DNA of 64,000 nt from a virus. Shown piece by piece: positions 10,184-20,064 of this stretch; the stretch's first letter is position 1, and every line of letters starts with the position of its first letter. Both the position numbers and the translations under genes were made by a program. The stretch is from positions 1 through 64,000 of IMG/VR virus record IMGVR_UViG_3300047323_000138. One strand, given 5' to 3'. The notes under the pieces were generated by a model. It worked only from the letters and a program-made list of their open reading frames with translations. It was not told the DNA's origin and made no database searches.

Positions 10184-10772
10184 CTATAAACCTCTCACTG
10201 ACTACTTTATAATTAATAAGAGTGTTATAAACATCTAAATCTATAACTGCTTTATACTTCTCGGCCAACTCTTTTACAATTATTTCTTTTTCTTTCTTGT
10301 GCCACAAAAAGGCATCAAGTTCTGTTTTGAATCCATTCTTTTCAAGATGTTTACCACTAGCATCTACAACAAAAGCTCGGAAAGCCTTGTCACGTTTGTG
10401 ATAATTAACTCCTTGCACACAGCCCCTGTCGGCCATTTTCTTAATCAATAAATTTATCTGAGTTGGAACAAGACGGCAAGTGGACGGAGAGTAAACTCTA
10501 GCATCACGGTCAATAATATCTTTATCTAATTGCCAATTTTCCTTTTTCTGATGCTCTGGTTGTCCTTCCCACCACTTTGCGAAGTCTTGGTAATCATGCC
10601 AACAAGGGTGCACAGTGACATCATCGTAAACCGCGAACTCTTCATTATAGCATCTTTTGATCATGCTACTCCAAACAGTGTAGCGTTTTATATTAACCCA
10701 CTTACCGCCAACCTTTTCGGTAGCAGCGTATCCAAACTTACCTGAGTTAAAACCTGCACCATAAAAAGCCAT
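10173..10772 (-). CDS. Free-standing HNH-family homing endonuclease
   Basis: WSSMIKRCY, WHDYQDFAKW, LDKDII..YSPSTC..VP..IN motifs; AP2-like C-terminus. Confidence 0.8.
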   Translation of the reverse strand: MAFYGAGFNSGKFGYAATEKVGGKWVNIKRYTVWSSMIKRCYNEEFAVYDDVTVHPCWHDYQDFAKWWEGQPEHQKKENWQLDKDIIDRDARVYSPSTCRLVPTQINLLIKKMADRGCVQGVNYHKRDKAFRAFVVDASGKHLEKNGFKTELDAFLWHKKEKEIIVKELAEKYKAVIDLDVYNTLINYKVVSERFIDVS

Positions 10773-10801
10773 AATGATTACTCCTAATTTAATTAGTACA
10801 T

Positions 10802-10830
10802 ATTTTATACGGAAATTTTGGTGTGGTCAA
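10802..10830 (-). promoter_or_regulatory. sigma70-like promoter for the HNH gene
   Basis: TTGACC-17 bp-TAAAAT on minus strand. Confidence 0.65.
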
Positions 10831-12717
10831 CTATTGTTTCACTGGGAATTGAACATTCACTTGATCAAAAGATTGAACAAACATATTTGCAACAGCTTCA
10901 CCAATTGCTTGCGCTTGTGCATTGGCATCCATACCTTGCAGAGTAGACCCATCAACATTTACAACTATATCAATTTGATTGCTGTTGTTTGTCACAATAC
11001 CCATAGCCTTATCGTCAGCTGCGGCTTTGGCCATCTCAGCTTGTTGGTCATCATAGCCAGCAGGATCATGATAGTAGATCGAAGTCGGATCTTCATACAC
11101 AGCACGTCCACGTTCACGAGCCTTGTTCATATTGAAGCCAGTGTTGTTTATCACATCACCAACAATGGCGGCGGGAGAAGCATACTCAAAGCCAAGGAAG
11201 CTTGCTTTCTCGCTAGAGCTATTGTTTGTCTCAGTTGCAGGCAATGTCCCACTCTTCCATCTTTGGAACTCTGCCATCGCCCCCATAATAGAAGCAATCT
11301 CTTTCGATGTGGCTTCTAAGTTCGGAAGGAAGTCAAATTTAAGAACAGAAATATCAGTAAAGATTTGTTTAATGGTTTGCCAATCTTTAACCAACTGAGA
11401 TGTTTTATCAATCCCCAACCAATCAGCTACAAGGCTATCCTTACCTTCTAGAGCACGGGCAAAGGACTGAGGAAAAAGCATTAAATCATCAGCCCATTTA
11501 GTAGCTTCATTGAAGCCTTCTGCAAGCTTCTTAACCAAGTCTCCGCTTTCACTCAGTCCAGCTGTAAGGGTACGAAAGATCCGGGCAAAACCCTCTTCTA
11601 CACCAGCATTAGAGGCTACAATAGCCATATCACTTAATGCGTTCTGGTATCTACCTTGCTCAGCTTGTGATGCATGAGATGCTTTCTCTAGACCCGGTTG
11701 AGCTTTCTCACTAGCAATGTTAGCTGCATAGTTGAGGATATCTCCTCGTACTTGACCTTTCTTCATTGCAGCTTCAAGAGCAATAATAGAAGCAGATCCT
11801 GTAAGATCCCCTTTACCTTTCCCTGTCTCTTTCAGTTGCTGCTGATAAGCCTGAGCGAAGATATTCTTAGCACCCGGAAGACTGTTACCAAGTTGTTTAG
11901 TCAGTTCCTCAGCTTGCAGTTTATCCTTACCAGCAATCTGACTTAATGCGTTAAATACAAGCTTCTGTCTTGCTGGGGAGAGTTTGTTAACCCGCCCATA
12001 CTCAGCAAAACCTTTAAAGATATTCTGAGCTTGTCCAATCGTACCACCAGCACCAAGAAGGTTAGATGTCAGTACATTGAAGTCACCAGAAGCCTCAAGA
12101 TAATTGAAACCTACGCGATTAGCTGTCTTACGTAGCCACTCAAAGGATTGTTCACCTTGTTCAGCAGTACCACCATTCCCTGTAAGAACAGCTTGGGTTT
12201 GTAGCTGAGCGGCCACAACTTCTTGATTTCGTTTATTAAGAGAGCTAAGTCCATAACCACCTAATCCCAATGCAATGGCTGGGCCAAGCAAACTAGGCAT
12301 CCCACGAGTACGACTAGCACCAGCAGCAACTGCCCCAGTAACAGCGGCCTCTCTTACACGCCTCCCCGGTGGAGTGACAGGAGGGATGTGCGGAGGTTGA
12401 ATAGTTGGCCTTAGAGGGTGGGCCATCCCGGCTCGGGCCATTGCCAAGCCAACAGTCTGATTCAGTGCAGCTTGGTTGACAACAAATCTGTTAATGTCGA
12501 AGACAACACGATTACTAGCTATGTCCAAAGCAGTACCAAGAACTCTTTCAAGTTTGCGTTGGTCAACTGTAAAGTTACCAATACCAAAGCTTAGATTACC
12601 AAAAGCACTAAACTTCTTAAGTTTTTTCTCAAGAGTATCTAGGGCTTTATCAACCTTCTTCAATCCTTTGGTGTCTACATCAAAACCGAGTGACGCAAAG
12701 TATTTTGCAATCTGCAC
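10831..12717 (-). CDS. Tape measure protein
   Basis: Helical Ala-rich protein with tape-measure domain (ALSQIAGKDKLQAEELTKQLG); follows tail chaperones. Confidence 0.88.
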   Translation of the reverse strand: MQIAKYFASLGFDVDTKGLKKVDKALDTLEKKLKKFSAFGNLSFGIGNFTVDQRKLERVLGTALDIASNRVVFDINRFVVNQAALNQTVGLAMARAGMAHPLRPTIQPPHIPPVTPPGRRVREAAVTGAVAAGASRTRGMPSLLGPAIALGLGGYGLSSLNKRNQEVVAAQLQTQAVLTGNGGTAEQGEQSFEWLRKTANRVGFNYLEASGDFNVLTSNLLGAGGTIGQAQNIFKGFAEYGRVNKLSPARQKLVFNALSQIAGKDKLQAEELTKQLGNSLPGAKNIFAQAYQQQLKETGKGKGDLTGSASIIALEAAMKKGQVRGDILNYAANIASEKAQPGLEKASHASQAEQGRYQNALSDMAIVASNAGVEEGFARIFRTLTAGLSESGDLVKKLAEGFNEATKWADDLMLFPQSFARALEGKDSLVADWLGIDKTSQLVKDWQTIKQIFTDISVLKFDFLPNLEATSKEIASIMGAMAEFQRWKSGTLPATETNNSSSEKASFLGFEYASPAAIVGDVINNTGFNMNKARERGRAVYEDPTSIYYHDPAGYDDQQAEMAKAAADDKAMGIVTNNSNQIDIVVNVDGSTLQGMDANAQAQAIGEAVANMFVQSFDQVNVQFPVKQ

Positions 12718-12731
12718 TGTTTATTACTCCG

Positions 12732-12944
12732 TCACTTTAGTTTATTTTTATCTGCTTTAGCTTTTTCTATAGCTTGCTGATGTAGAGAATCATACACATC
12801 CAGCATTTCAATCAACTTAAGCATCTGTCTTGTAGAATATTTCCATTCCATCTCAGATGCTAATTCCAACCCACCTTTCTCATGCATTGCAATTCTGTAA
12901 ATACTCCAATGTTGAGAAAAGGTTTTGTCTATCTCTTGATCCAA
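12732..12944 (-). CDS. Tail assembly chaperone, frameshift (GT-like) extension
   Basis: In the -1 frame of 12983..13303, with an open frame back to the U-run. Confidence 0.7.
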   Translation of the reverse strand: MDQEIDKTFSQHWSIYRIAMHEKGGLELASEMEWKYSTRQMLKLIEMLDVYDSLHQQAIEKAKADKNKLK

Positions 12945-12982
12945 TCTTGTTTTACCCGATACAGGCTGTCCATTGGACTGTA

Positions 12983-13303
12983 TTATTCTTCTGTATCGGG
13001 TGCCTGAAAAAGCTCTTCGAAGTTAAAGTTCAACACTTCCTTATAGAGCTTGTTCAAGTGGGCATATTTGCGAGAGAAGAAAACATCAAAAGACTTCTCA
13101 GTGATCTGCATATTATCTTTAGACACATAGTTGCAGATGATTTGTTTCATCTGACTAAGGTCAGCTTTGCCTGCGTCAATAGCTTCTTGGTGCTTTTCAA
13201 TAAAGATTAGACCCTTGGTTGCAGGCATAGCTGATACAAGGTATTCAATATCATCAACTGTAATAGTTGTTTGTTCAAGTACTTCAAATTTTGGAGCTGC
13301 CAT
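12983..13303 (-). CDS. Tail assembly chaperone (G-like)
   Basis: Position between tube paralogues and tape measure. Confidence 0.75.
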   Translation of the reverse strand: MAAPKFEVLEQTTITVDDIEYLVSAMPATKGLIFIEKHQEAIDAGKADLSQMKQIICNYVSKDNMQITEKSFDVFFSRKYAHLNKLYKEVLNFNFEELFQAPDTEE

Positions 13304-13329
13304 TTATTTTATCTCAGAAATTACATCAG

Positions 13330-13827
13330 TTAGAAAATGTTACTAATAAAATCAGTTGCTTCATTTACCGCACTGTCAAATAGACTTGTAGACGGACGAG
13401 TGTTGCCACCAATTTTATATGTGTCTGTTGACTGGCAAAAGATTTCCCAACCTCTGTATTCAAAGCCACCTGAATAAGTGGTAGTTGGGTATCCAGTAAT
13501 GTATGCCTCATTGGATGAGAACACACTTCCACCAGAGCCATCTTTCAACGTAAGGGCGATCCTTGCTGTACCTTCCTCTAAATCCAACTCATGGATATAT
13601 GAAAGTACATCATTAGTTGGGGAGAATTGAGCTAAGGAGAATTGAATAGTTGCTGAAGTATCTCTGTTGGGCACTCGTGTGTTTTTACCACGAATACCCC
13701 TGACAACACTAAAACCTTTGACAGTTCTAGATATAGAGATGGATTGCCAGCCAACAACTTGATAGCCACCGATGGTGAGTTTAACATCACCGGGACTATA
13801 AGTTGTTACCGTAAAACTATTTGCCAT
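13330..13827 (-). CDS. Tail tube-like protein (DUF3277-like paralogue)
   Basis: TYSPGDV..TIGG, LTLKDGSG; similar to the two upstream tube proteins. Confidence 0.7.
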   Translation of the reverse strand: MANSFTVTTYSPGDVKLTIGGYQVVGWQSISISRTVKGFSVVRGIRGKNTRVPNRDTSATIQFSLAQFSPTNDVLSYIHELDLEEGTARIALTLKDGSGGSVFSSNEAYITGYPTTTYSGGFEYRGWEIFCQSTDTYKIGGNTRPSTSLFDSAVNEATDFISNIF

Positions 13828-14330
13828 CAGATAATTCCTTCTAGAATTGGTAGAGCACCTGTGGCAATATTAATTAAGTCTTGGAGGATACTTTGTTCAT
13901 TTGCATTGCTGCCAATGTTGATAACTGCTTGTGAACTTCTCAATACCCATGTCCGTGTATCTACAGAAGCGCTCTTTGACAAAGTTGGAAGACCCTCAAT
14001 CCATGTAGTGGTACTGAAGAATAAATCAGAGCCAGAGGAATCTTTACAGAGGAAGGCGAATTTCCCTCTTTGACTTATTTCATCAAGCTGCCAAAACTTA
14101 GTCAACACATCATTTGAGAAGGATCCAGCGTGAAGGGTCAGTGTGATTGTATAAGTCTGATCACTCTGATACAGCCTACCCATCTGACCATCCGCTGTCT
14201 TAACAGATGTGAATGGCATCATATCTTTATTAATGGATATGAAAGTTCCATCTACAAAACCTTCCACCGGCAGGATTCCACCAACAAGGCACACCACATC
14301 ATCAGGGCAATAGTTAAAAATACCTGCCAT
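13827..14330 (-). CDS. Tail tube-like protein (paralogue)
   Basis: NYCPDDV, GFVDGTFISI, ITLTLH..S.SNDVL, KDSSG. Confidence 0.7.
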   Translation of the reverse strand: MAGIFNYCPDDVVCLVGGILPVEGFVDGTFISINKDMMPFTSVKTADGQMGRLYQSDQTYTITLTLHAGSFSNDVLTKFWQLDEISQRGKFAFLCKDSSGSDLFFSTTTWIEGLPTLSKSASVDTRTWVLRSSQAVINIGSNANEQSILQDLINIATGALPILEGII

Positions 14331-14344
14331 AAAAGCTCCTTGGT

Positions 14345-14371
14345 AAAAGGAGGGAGTAACTTAATACTCCC
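14345..14371 (-). terminator. Terminator-like hairpin after major tube gene
   Basis: gggagta-ttaagt-tactccc then tcctttt. Confidence 0.65.
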
Positions 14372-14378
14372 ATCACAA

Positions 14379-14909
14379 TTATGGATTTAGTTTCCAACGA
14401 TCTGCAACATCACCACCGGCTGCCTCAACAGCAGCAACTTCCGAGTCACTAAGTGGAATGTTACCACCAATGAACAAGTCGCTACCAAACAGATAGATAG
14501 CCCAATCACGGGTACTGGTATCTGAACCAAAAGATACATTTGGTGGGGAGGCAATGATTGCAGTGTTAGAACTTGCTACCGTCATACCACTAGGGTCTTT
14601 CAGGGTACAGTTGAATACCCAGTCATTATTGGAGGTATTGGCATCCGCAAGCTGAAGTTGCTGAAGTACAGTATTAGATGGTGAATACTGGTGAAGCGTA
14701 ATAGTTACGTTCATCCCAGTAACACGACGTTTTACACGACCAAAGGCTGCTCCGCCGACACCCTGATAAGGTGTAGAACTAGGGACCAATCGATCCATAG
14801 AGATGAATGTCCCGTCTGCGTACCCAGTAACTGTGTGGATAAAATCACCTTTTGAAATTACAATTGTAAAATCATCTGGTGCATAGTTGCCAATAAAATT
14901 GTCGGCCAT
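14379..14909 (-). CDS. Major tail tube protein; likely start MADNFIG at 14909
   Basis: AAGGA RBS; NYAPDD, GYADGTFIS, TITLHQYSPSN; directly after sheath. Confidence 0.8.
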   Translation of the reverse strand: MADNFIGNYAPDDFTIVISKGDFIHTVTGYADGTFISMDRLVPSSTPYQGVGGAAFGRVKRRVTGMNVTITLHQYSPSNTVLQQLQLADANTSNNDWVFNCTLKDPSGMTVASSNTAIIASPPNVSFGSDTSTRDWAIYLFGSDLFIGGNIPLSDSEVAAVEAAGGDVADRWKLNP

Positions 14910-14926
14910 TATTATATTCCTTTTCG

Positions 14927-16207
14927 TTAAACGCTCAAGAACCCGTTGATTTGAACGCGACGGATGGACCCTGCAAGACGAGCGCGGAATACAAAGACAC
15001 CGGCAGTACGTTGAGCGCGGAGTGTTGGGCTGATGGTACTTACATCTGGGGTACTCACGCTCCAACCACGATCAATCAGGCCATTTGCTTCTGCTTGAGA
15101 AAGTACAGAACGAATTTCATTTTCGATAATAGCAAGACCCGGATTTGTCATCGGAACTTTCAAACTATTAATCAAACGGAAATACACGCCTTCCTGAAGT
15201 CGGGCATAAAGCCAGTCGATCCCTACAATTTCGTCAATAGGCGAACCACCAAAAGTATCACCATCTTGGAAGATGTTAACACCGGCAACAGTGGTGTACA
15301 TGTTGCAGTTTTTATTACGAAGATTTACACGTTGAGTGTCAGTAAGATTACTTACGGTTACACCAACAGCACGTTTGAAGTCCCAGTCGTTCGAACCCGG
15401 AGTGTAGGGGAGTTGAGCACCCATCCAAGCAGCTTCTGGAAATTCAGTGTCAGCAGTTGGCAGATAGATACCATAAGTGCGATCAGCAGTCTTATCACTC
15501 AACTTCTTAGCGATGTCTGTAATACCAGTAGTTGGAGTTACAGTATCAGCAGTGGAAGTACCATACAACTTACGACGTGCATTAATCGCATCACTCAGAG
15601 CTTCTACGTCAGCAGAAACATGAGTCTCGGAAACAATACCGTACCAAACATTGTTTTCTTGTTCTACAGCTTCAAGAGCTTCAACCCAATCTTCAGTTAC
15701 AGTGTTAACGCCAACAAGATTAGCCGAAGCTGTAACACTCCAAGGAGTACCAAGTACAGTGGTGGTCAGAACTAGAGTGGTAGTACCGGATACTGTAATA
15801 CCTGTAGGAGTACCAATAGCGGCTTTCAGACCAGTAACGATAGTGGTAGCAGTCGCGCCAACACCCGAAGTGAAGGTGTATGGGGCACCATTCAAGGTAA
15901 CACTATACAGGGTATTGTCTGCTACAGTTGGGGTATAGGTTACAGCATCAACTTGACGACGACCTACAACAATCGAAGGAGGTACAGCACCAACAGAAGA
16001 TTGACCAAACAACTTAGTTGCAATCTTAGATACGTTACTGGTAGATTCGAAATCATCGCCTACAGCAGTGATATCAGTGTAAGTACGGGTGCGTTCGGAG
16101 AAATTTGTAAAGGTTGCAAGAACCAACGGAATCTGGAAGCTTGCGGTGGCTACGGCTGTAGACTCACGGGTGATCGTGATAGAAACGATCTGGTCCAATT
16201 CACTCAT
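14927..16207 (-). CDS. Tail sheath protein (DUF3383-like)
   Basis: IDEIVGIDWL, KVPMTNPG and RLAGSIRRV motifs. Confidence 0.88.
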   Translation of the reverse strand: MSELDQIVSITITRESTAVATASFQIPLVLATFTNFSERTRTYTDITAVGDDFESTSNVSKIATKLFGQSSVGAVPPSIVVGRRQVDAVTYTPTVADNTLYSVTLNGAPYTFTSGVGATATTIVTGLKAAIGTPTGITVSGTTTLVLTTTVLGTPWSVTASANLVGVNTVTEDWVEALEAVEQENNVWYGIVSETHVSADVEALSDAINARRKLYGTSTADTVTPTTGITDIAKKLSDKTADRTYGIYLPTADTEFPEAAWMGAQLPYTPGSNDWDFKRAVGVTVSNLTDTQRVNLRNKNCNMYTTVAGVNIFQDGDTFGGSPIDEIVGIDWLYARLQEGVYFRLINSLKVPMTNPGLAIIENEIRSVLSQAEANGLIDRGWSVSTPDVSTISPTLRAQRTAGVFVFRARLAGSIRRVQINGFLSV

Positions 16208-16283
16208 TGGTTCACCTCTGTGTAATTAAAAGACATTCGTTAATCCTTATTTTATTGTTAAACTGCGGCATACGAATGCCTTC

Positions 16284-16814
16284 TTACGGAATTATGATAC
16301 CTTCGGGAACTGTAAAAACTCCCGTTTGTTCGGAGTCCACAATAATAGATTCGACCCAATCACTAATCTCTGAAGTATTCACGATGTAGTTAAAGGTTAC
16401 GTCTAAGTTGTGATATTCCACCCACTTGGTATCTCTTTTCTGTGGGGCTCTGCGTATTTGACTCTTACGCATAAATGCTAAATTATTCTTTGTTAAAGCT
16501 TCTCTTGACACAGGGACATTGTTAATTCTCTGAGTAAAGCTTTGAGACATGTCACCAGACAAGCTACCGACAAAGCTAAATTGAACCATCACTTCGTACA
16601 CAACCCTAACATCTAACTTATAATCGGTACGTGTTTGAGCTGAAGTACTATGATGACCCTGTTGTTCAATATTAAGAATATTAATTACAACATAACTCTC
16701 AGCAGGTTCTGTACCATTATTGTGACTGAAGATTACCGGAGTAGTTGGATATTCTGATAATGCTGCAAGAGCCCCAAGTCTGATTGCTTTTCGGACATCT
16801 GTGTAAATTGGCAT
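16284..16814 (-). CDS. Tail terminator/neck protein
   Basis: Position upstream of sheath; size. Confidence 0.65.
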   Translation of the reverse strand: MPIYTDVRKAIRLGALAALSEYPTTPVIFSHNNGTEPAESYVVINILNIEQQGHHSTSAQTRTDYKLDVRVVYEVMVQFSFVGSLSGDMSQSFTQRINNVPVSREALTKNNLAFMRKSQIRRAPQKRDTKWVEYHNLDVTFNYIVNTSEISDWVESIIVDSEQTGVFTVPEGIIIP

Positions 16815-16823
16815 ATGATGTCC

Positions 16824-17192
16824 TTAGTTTGGGGTTAGTTCTATTCTTGCGGCTTTACCCTCAAAATGATCACGAGGCCCCATCTGGTATTGCTGGACCT
16901 TCATCATTTCGTAAAGTTCACCATTCCATGTGAATCGATCCCCACCATATCCGGCAGTACCTTCCTTCTTGTGTCGAATAGGGTCAGCCGTGAAGAACCA
17001 CAACCAAGCTTTTGTTCTATCAGACTCAGGAAGAAGCATTACTTGATAATCAGTAAAAGGATGGACGTTAGCTTGTACAGTAACGGTTGAGTCAGCACCT
17101 TCAATCCATTCACCATCAACATACGAACCTGCTGCTTGTCGAGTAATAACGACAGGAGTTTTTCTAACTAAAGTAAATTCTGCAACTGACAT
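16824..17192 (-). CDS. Head closure (stopper) protein
   Basis: GSYVDGEW, LLPESDR and GDRFTWNGELYE motifs. Confidence 0.7.
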   Translation of the reverse strand: MSVAEFTLVRKTPVVITRQAAGSYVDGEWIEGADSTVTVQANVHPFTDYQVMLLPESDRTKAWLWFFTADPIRHKKEGTAGYGGDRFTWNGELYEMMKVQQYQMGPRDHFEGKAARIELTPN

Positions 17193-17668
17193 TAGTCATC
17201 TCCCCGTTTAGCTACTTCGAAGTCTGTTGTTTCATACATGGTCCCACTATCAATCAGAGGATTATTAAATCCTTTATTCTCGATTGTTTTAGGGCTGTTT
17301 GGTGGTGTGTCCCATTTAGCAATAACATCTTTCATGTCTGTTACAAATACCGGACCAAGCTTTGTGTACTCTTGTTTGAAAGAACTCTTACCTTCAGCAA
17401 TCCTTTGCATACTTTCTACAAAGAGCTTATCGTAGACTCCCTTCTTAACTGGTCCCATAAAACCTACTCGTATGAAAGGTCTTGTTGGGTTAGTTGTTGA
17501 ACCTTCTTCGTTCCACTGTGCTACTTGAGCAACAGGTAGGTTATCATTCTCAGGTCCGTAGTTTGATCCTTCAAACCAACCAATACGAAGTTCTTCTTGA
17601 GAACCTTTAAGAAGTTCTTTCTTTAATTTATTCCAACCAGACTTGTCAACTTTTAGTTTGAAACTCAT
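17192..17668 (-). CDS. Neck/tail completion protein
   Basis: VAQWNEEG..PTRPFIR and PPNSPKTI..KGFNNPLIDSG motifs. Confidence 0.75.
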   Translation of the reverse strand: MSFKLKVDKSGWNKLKKELLKGSQEELRIGWFEGSNYGPENDNLPVAQVAQWNEEGSTTNPTRPFIRVGFMGPVKKGVYDKLFVESMQRIAEGKSSFKQEYTKLGPVFVTDMKDVIAKWDTPPNSPKTIENKGFNNPLIDSGTMYETTDFEVAKRGDD

Positions 17669-18159
17669 TCGAAAGCATCCAGCTCCCAGCCAACGAATTG
17701 GATGGCAGAATCAATACCAAAGAAAGTAGAAGCATCCCTTGTAGAGTTACCATGATTATAAGGCTTCTCACCCTTATCAAATCCTTGATAAATAGGCTGA
17801 ATATTATTATCTTGGTTGCTGTCGTTATCAAACATATCTTGTTTACTCACACCACCAGCGTAAGGAATAATCCTTGTAGACAGAAGTGATGCAGGAGTTT
17901 TAATAACGTTCTGAAGTGCAGCGAGATATGAAGTGGAATAGGTATTCCAGACCTCATAATTCCCTGCACGTTCTCGCGTAGGGTAGCTGGCAATTCGTAA
18001 TGAAATAATGATTGCAGCTTTAATTGCAGCTTGCCAAACATCACCATTGGTCGTTTCTAAAAGATATTCGTAGGTTTCATCATCGAGGATCGGGTAGAGG
18101 GGATTACCCTCAACATCACCAACAATGATTTTAACCTTGTCTGTATCCGTGAGCGCCAT
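17665..18159 (-). CDS. Head-tail adaptor protein
   Basis: DKVKIIVGD..ILDDETYEYLL and PYAGGVS; position. Confidence 0.7.
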   Translation of the reverse strand: MALTDTDKVKIIVGDVEGNPLYPILDDETYEYLLETTNGDVWQAAIKAAIIISLRIASYPTRERAGNYEVWNTYSTSYLAALQNVIKTPASLLSTRIIPYAGGVSKQDMFDNDSNQDNNIQPIYQGFDKGEKPYNHGNSTRDASTFFGIDSAIQFVGWELDAFE

Positions 18160-18177
18160 GTAGCCTCCTTATAAAGT

Positions 18178-18200
18178 AAAGGAGGGCAGACAAGCTGCCC
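18178..18200 (-). terminator. Terminator-like hairpin
   Basis: gggcag-cttgt-ctgccc then tccttt. Confidence 0.6.
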
Positions 18201-18205
18201 CACAA

Positions 18206-18466
18206 TCAACTGGCAGGCATAATCCCGGCAGTAATAAGTTTTGTCAGCAGAGCATTATATGCAGCGGTGACGGCAGTCAGGTCAGCAAAAGCTGGAGACT
18301 GTTGAGCAGTGAAAGTAATTTGTTTTACTTTACCAGCTACAGAAGTGGTTGCAGCAGGGGTAGTTGCTGCTGTGTCGCCAGCATTAGCCTCTGTAACAAC
18401 ACGATCAATTACAGTGAAGACATCACCCCAAGAACGTTCTTGGATAGTTGTTTTTACAATAGCCAT
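18206..18466 (-). CDS. Small head fibre/decoration protein
   Basis: PAATTSVAGKVKQ...YNALLTKLITAGIM head-fibre-like motif, directly after MCP. Confidence 0.65.
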   Translation of the reverse strand: MAIVKTTIQERSWGDVFTVIDRVVTEANAGDTAATTPAATTSVAGKVKQITFTAQQSPAFADLTAVTAAYNALLTKLITAGIMPAS

Positions 18467-18483
18467 TTCAAACTCCTAAAAGT

Positions 18484-18510
18484 AAAATAGGAGGGGCTTT
18501 CGCCCCGTCC
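18484..18510 (-). terminator. Terminator after major capsid gene
   Basis: ggggc-gaaa-gcccc GNRA hairpin then tcctatttt. Confidence 0.75.
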
Positions 18511-18529
18511 ATCTAACCTCAAATACTTA

Positions 18530-19573
18530 TTAAGTACTCGAAGTCAATTTTACGAGCACCTGTGGCTGCGTGACGAAGTACAGAGGAGAAGTCTCAACTT
18601 GCATTTCGTGGAACTCATCTTTAGGGTCAGTGAACTCGTATGCGAACATCTCAACACCAACGCCGTTAGCACCACCCAACTTGTTGCTTGGGCCGTAGTA
18701 ACCACGGAACAGATCATTCACAACAGGCAGAACGTGACCGGTATCGGTAGCAACGGCTACTTCGGTGGTATCGTTAGGCAGTTTGAAGATGTGGTCGTAG
18801 GTGATGAAAGTTACACCTTTGTAGGTGAACTGATCTACCGAACCCCAAGCCATAAACTGGTTGGTGCTGTTACGGTTAATCTCAACTTGCGAAGCGTAGT
18901 ACAGATAAGCTTGGCGAATCATCGGGTGACTAACCAGTTTATCGAAGAACGAACCATCAACAACAACACGAATACCACCACCGATGGTGGAACCAGTTTT
19001 CAGGTTGGTTTGCAGGTAGCGCTTCAGTTGCGAGATTTTAGCGTTAACGTCGGTGGACGCATCACCAAGATCGAAGTCAATCACTTGTTGGGTGATACCA
19101 AACTGGGTGAACATGTCTGCAATAACAGCGCCGTCAGGGGTCTTCATGATACCCTTTGCAGCTTGCAGCTTCATGTACTCAAGCGATTGCTCAACTTGTG
19201 CACGCATGTCAGTCAGTTTCTGTACACGGACACGGGCCAGCTGCTCAGGAGAGTCTGGGGTGCCCGGCATACGCCAGCCTTGAATATCTTCAGGAGTGAT
19301 GTAGTCACTGTGCTTGAAGTAAGCCAAAGGCAGGGAGAAGGTTTCTACTTTCCGATCATTACCTTTGATAGTCTCACGGCTACGACGGGATACTTGAGGA
19401 AGCAGAGTGGTATCGTTCATGCTCTTGTCAAAAACAATAGCAGTTTGCGAAGTACCTTGAGTACGGAACAGATCCATACCACCAATCAGACCAGCCTGAT
19501 TGTCAAGGTTATTAATTTCTTGAGTCCAGTCAACAAGTTGAAAACCGTTACCAAACGAGCGAGTAGTTGCCAT
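18530..19573 (-). CDS. Major capsid protein (lambda gpE-like family)
   Basis: 347 aa, strong codon bias, LEYMKLQAAKG and ETSPLY motifs; follows decoration protein. Confidence 0.9.
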   Translation of the reverse strand: MATTRSFGNGFQLVDWTQEINNLDNQAGLIGGMDLFRTQGTSQTAIVFDKSMNDTTLLPQVSRRSRETIKGNDRKVETFSLPLAYFKHSDYITPEDIQGWRMPGTPDSPEQLARVRVQKLTDMRAQVEQSLEYMKLQAAKGIMKTPDGAVIADMFTQFGITQQVIDFDLGDASTDVNAKISQLKRYLQTNLKTGSTIGGGIRVVVDGSFFDKLVSHPMIRQAYLYYASQVEINRNSTNQFMAWGSVDQFTYKGVTFITYDHIFKLPNDTTEVAVATDTGHVLPVVNDLFRGYYGPSNKLGGANGVGVEMFAYEFTDPKDEFHEMQVETSPLYFVTQPQVLVKLTSST

Positions 19574-19593
19574 TATTTATATTACTCCGTTAA

Positions 19594-20022
19594 TTAAGCG
19601 AATTGGTTCGGTTGGTCAATCACTTTGATACCAACAGCTTCCATTTGCGCATATACAGCAGCAAGTTCAGGAGCAGTATCAACGGATGCACCAAACACGA
19701 GGTAGGACTTACCTACACCAGCAGGACCACGGAACAATACAGTTACGTTGGTATCAGTAGTTGCAGCGATGGTTTGCTTATTATCACCATCTGGTTTGCC
19801 GATGTAGATACCAGCAAAATTCTGACTACCGTCTACAGCGGTTGCTTCCAGAATCTTGTACTTACCGTTGGCAGTAACTTTGCCGAGGACAGTACCAATT
19901 ACGTAGGTTTTAATTGCAGCTTCGTTAGCTACAACTACATCACGGCAGTGGCCGTATTCAGGATGATCTTCATATTGCAGTACAGCGCCAAGGCGAGTAG
20001 AGCGGGTTTCGATTGCAGCCAT
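19594..20022 (-). CDS. Head decoration protein (lambda gpD-like)
   Basis: GTVLGKVTANGKY..ATAVDGSQNFAGI motif. Confidence 0.85.
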   Translation of the reverse strand: MAAIETRSTRLGAVLQYEDHPEYGHCRDVVVANEAAIKTYVIGTVLGKVTANGKYKILEATAVDGSQNFAGIYIGKPDGDNKQTIAATTDTNVTVLFRGPAGVGKSYLVFGASVDTAPELAAVYAQMEAVGIKVIDQPNQFA

Positions 20023-20064
20023 ATTATTTGAAACTCCTAGCTAGGATTTTATTGATAAACAATA

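Noticed and set aside
14910-15065. N-terminal extension of the tube ORF in the track
   Set aside because: Overlaps the sheath 3' end; RBS and homology to tube paralogues begin at ATG 14909
18599-19597. 332-aa plus-strand ORF antisense to the major capsid gene (likewise 14951-15775 opposite sheath)
   Set aside because: Expected shadow of strong codon bias in highly expressed genes; no RBS or recognisable domain
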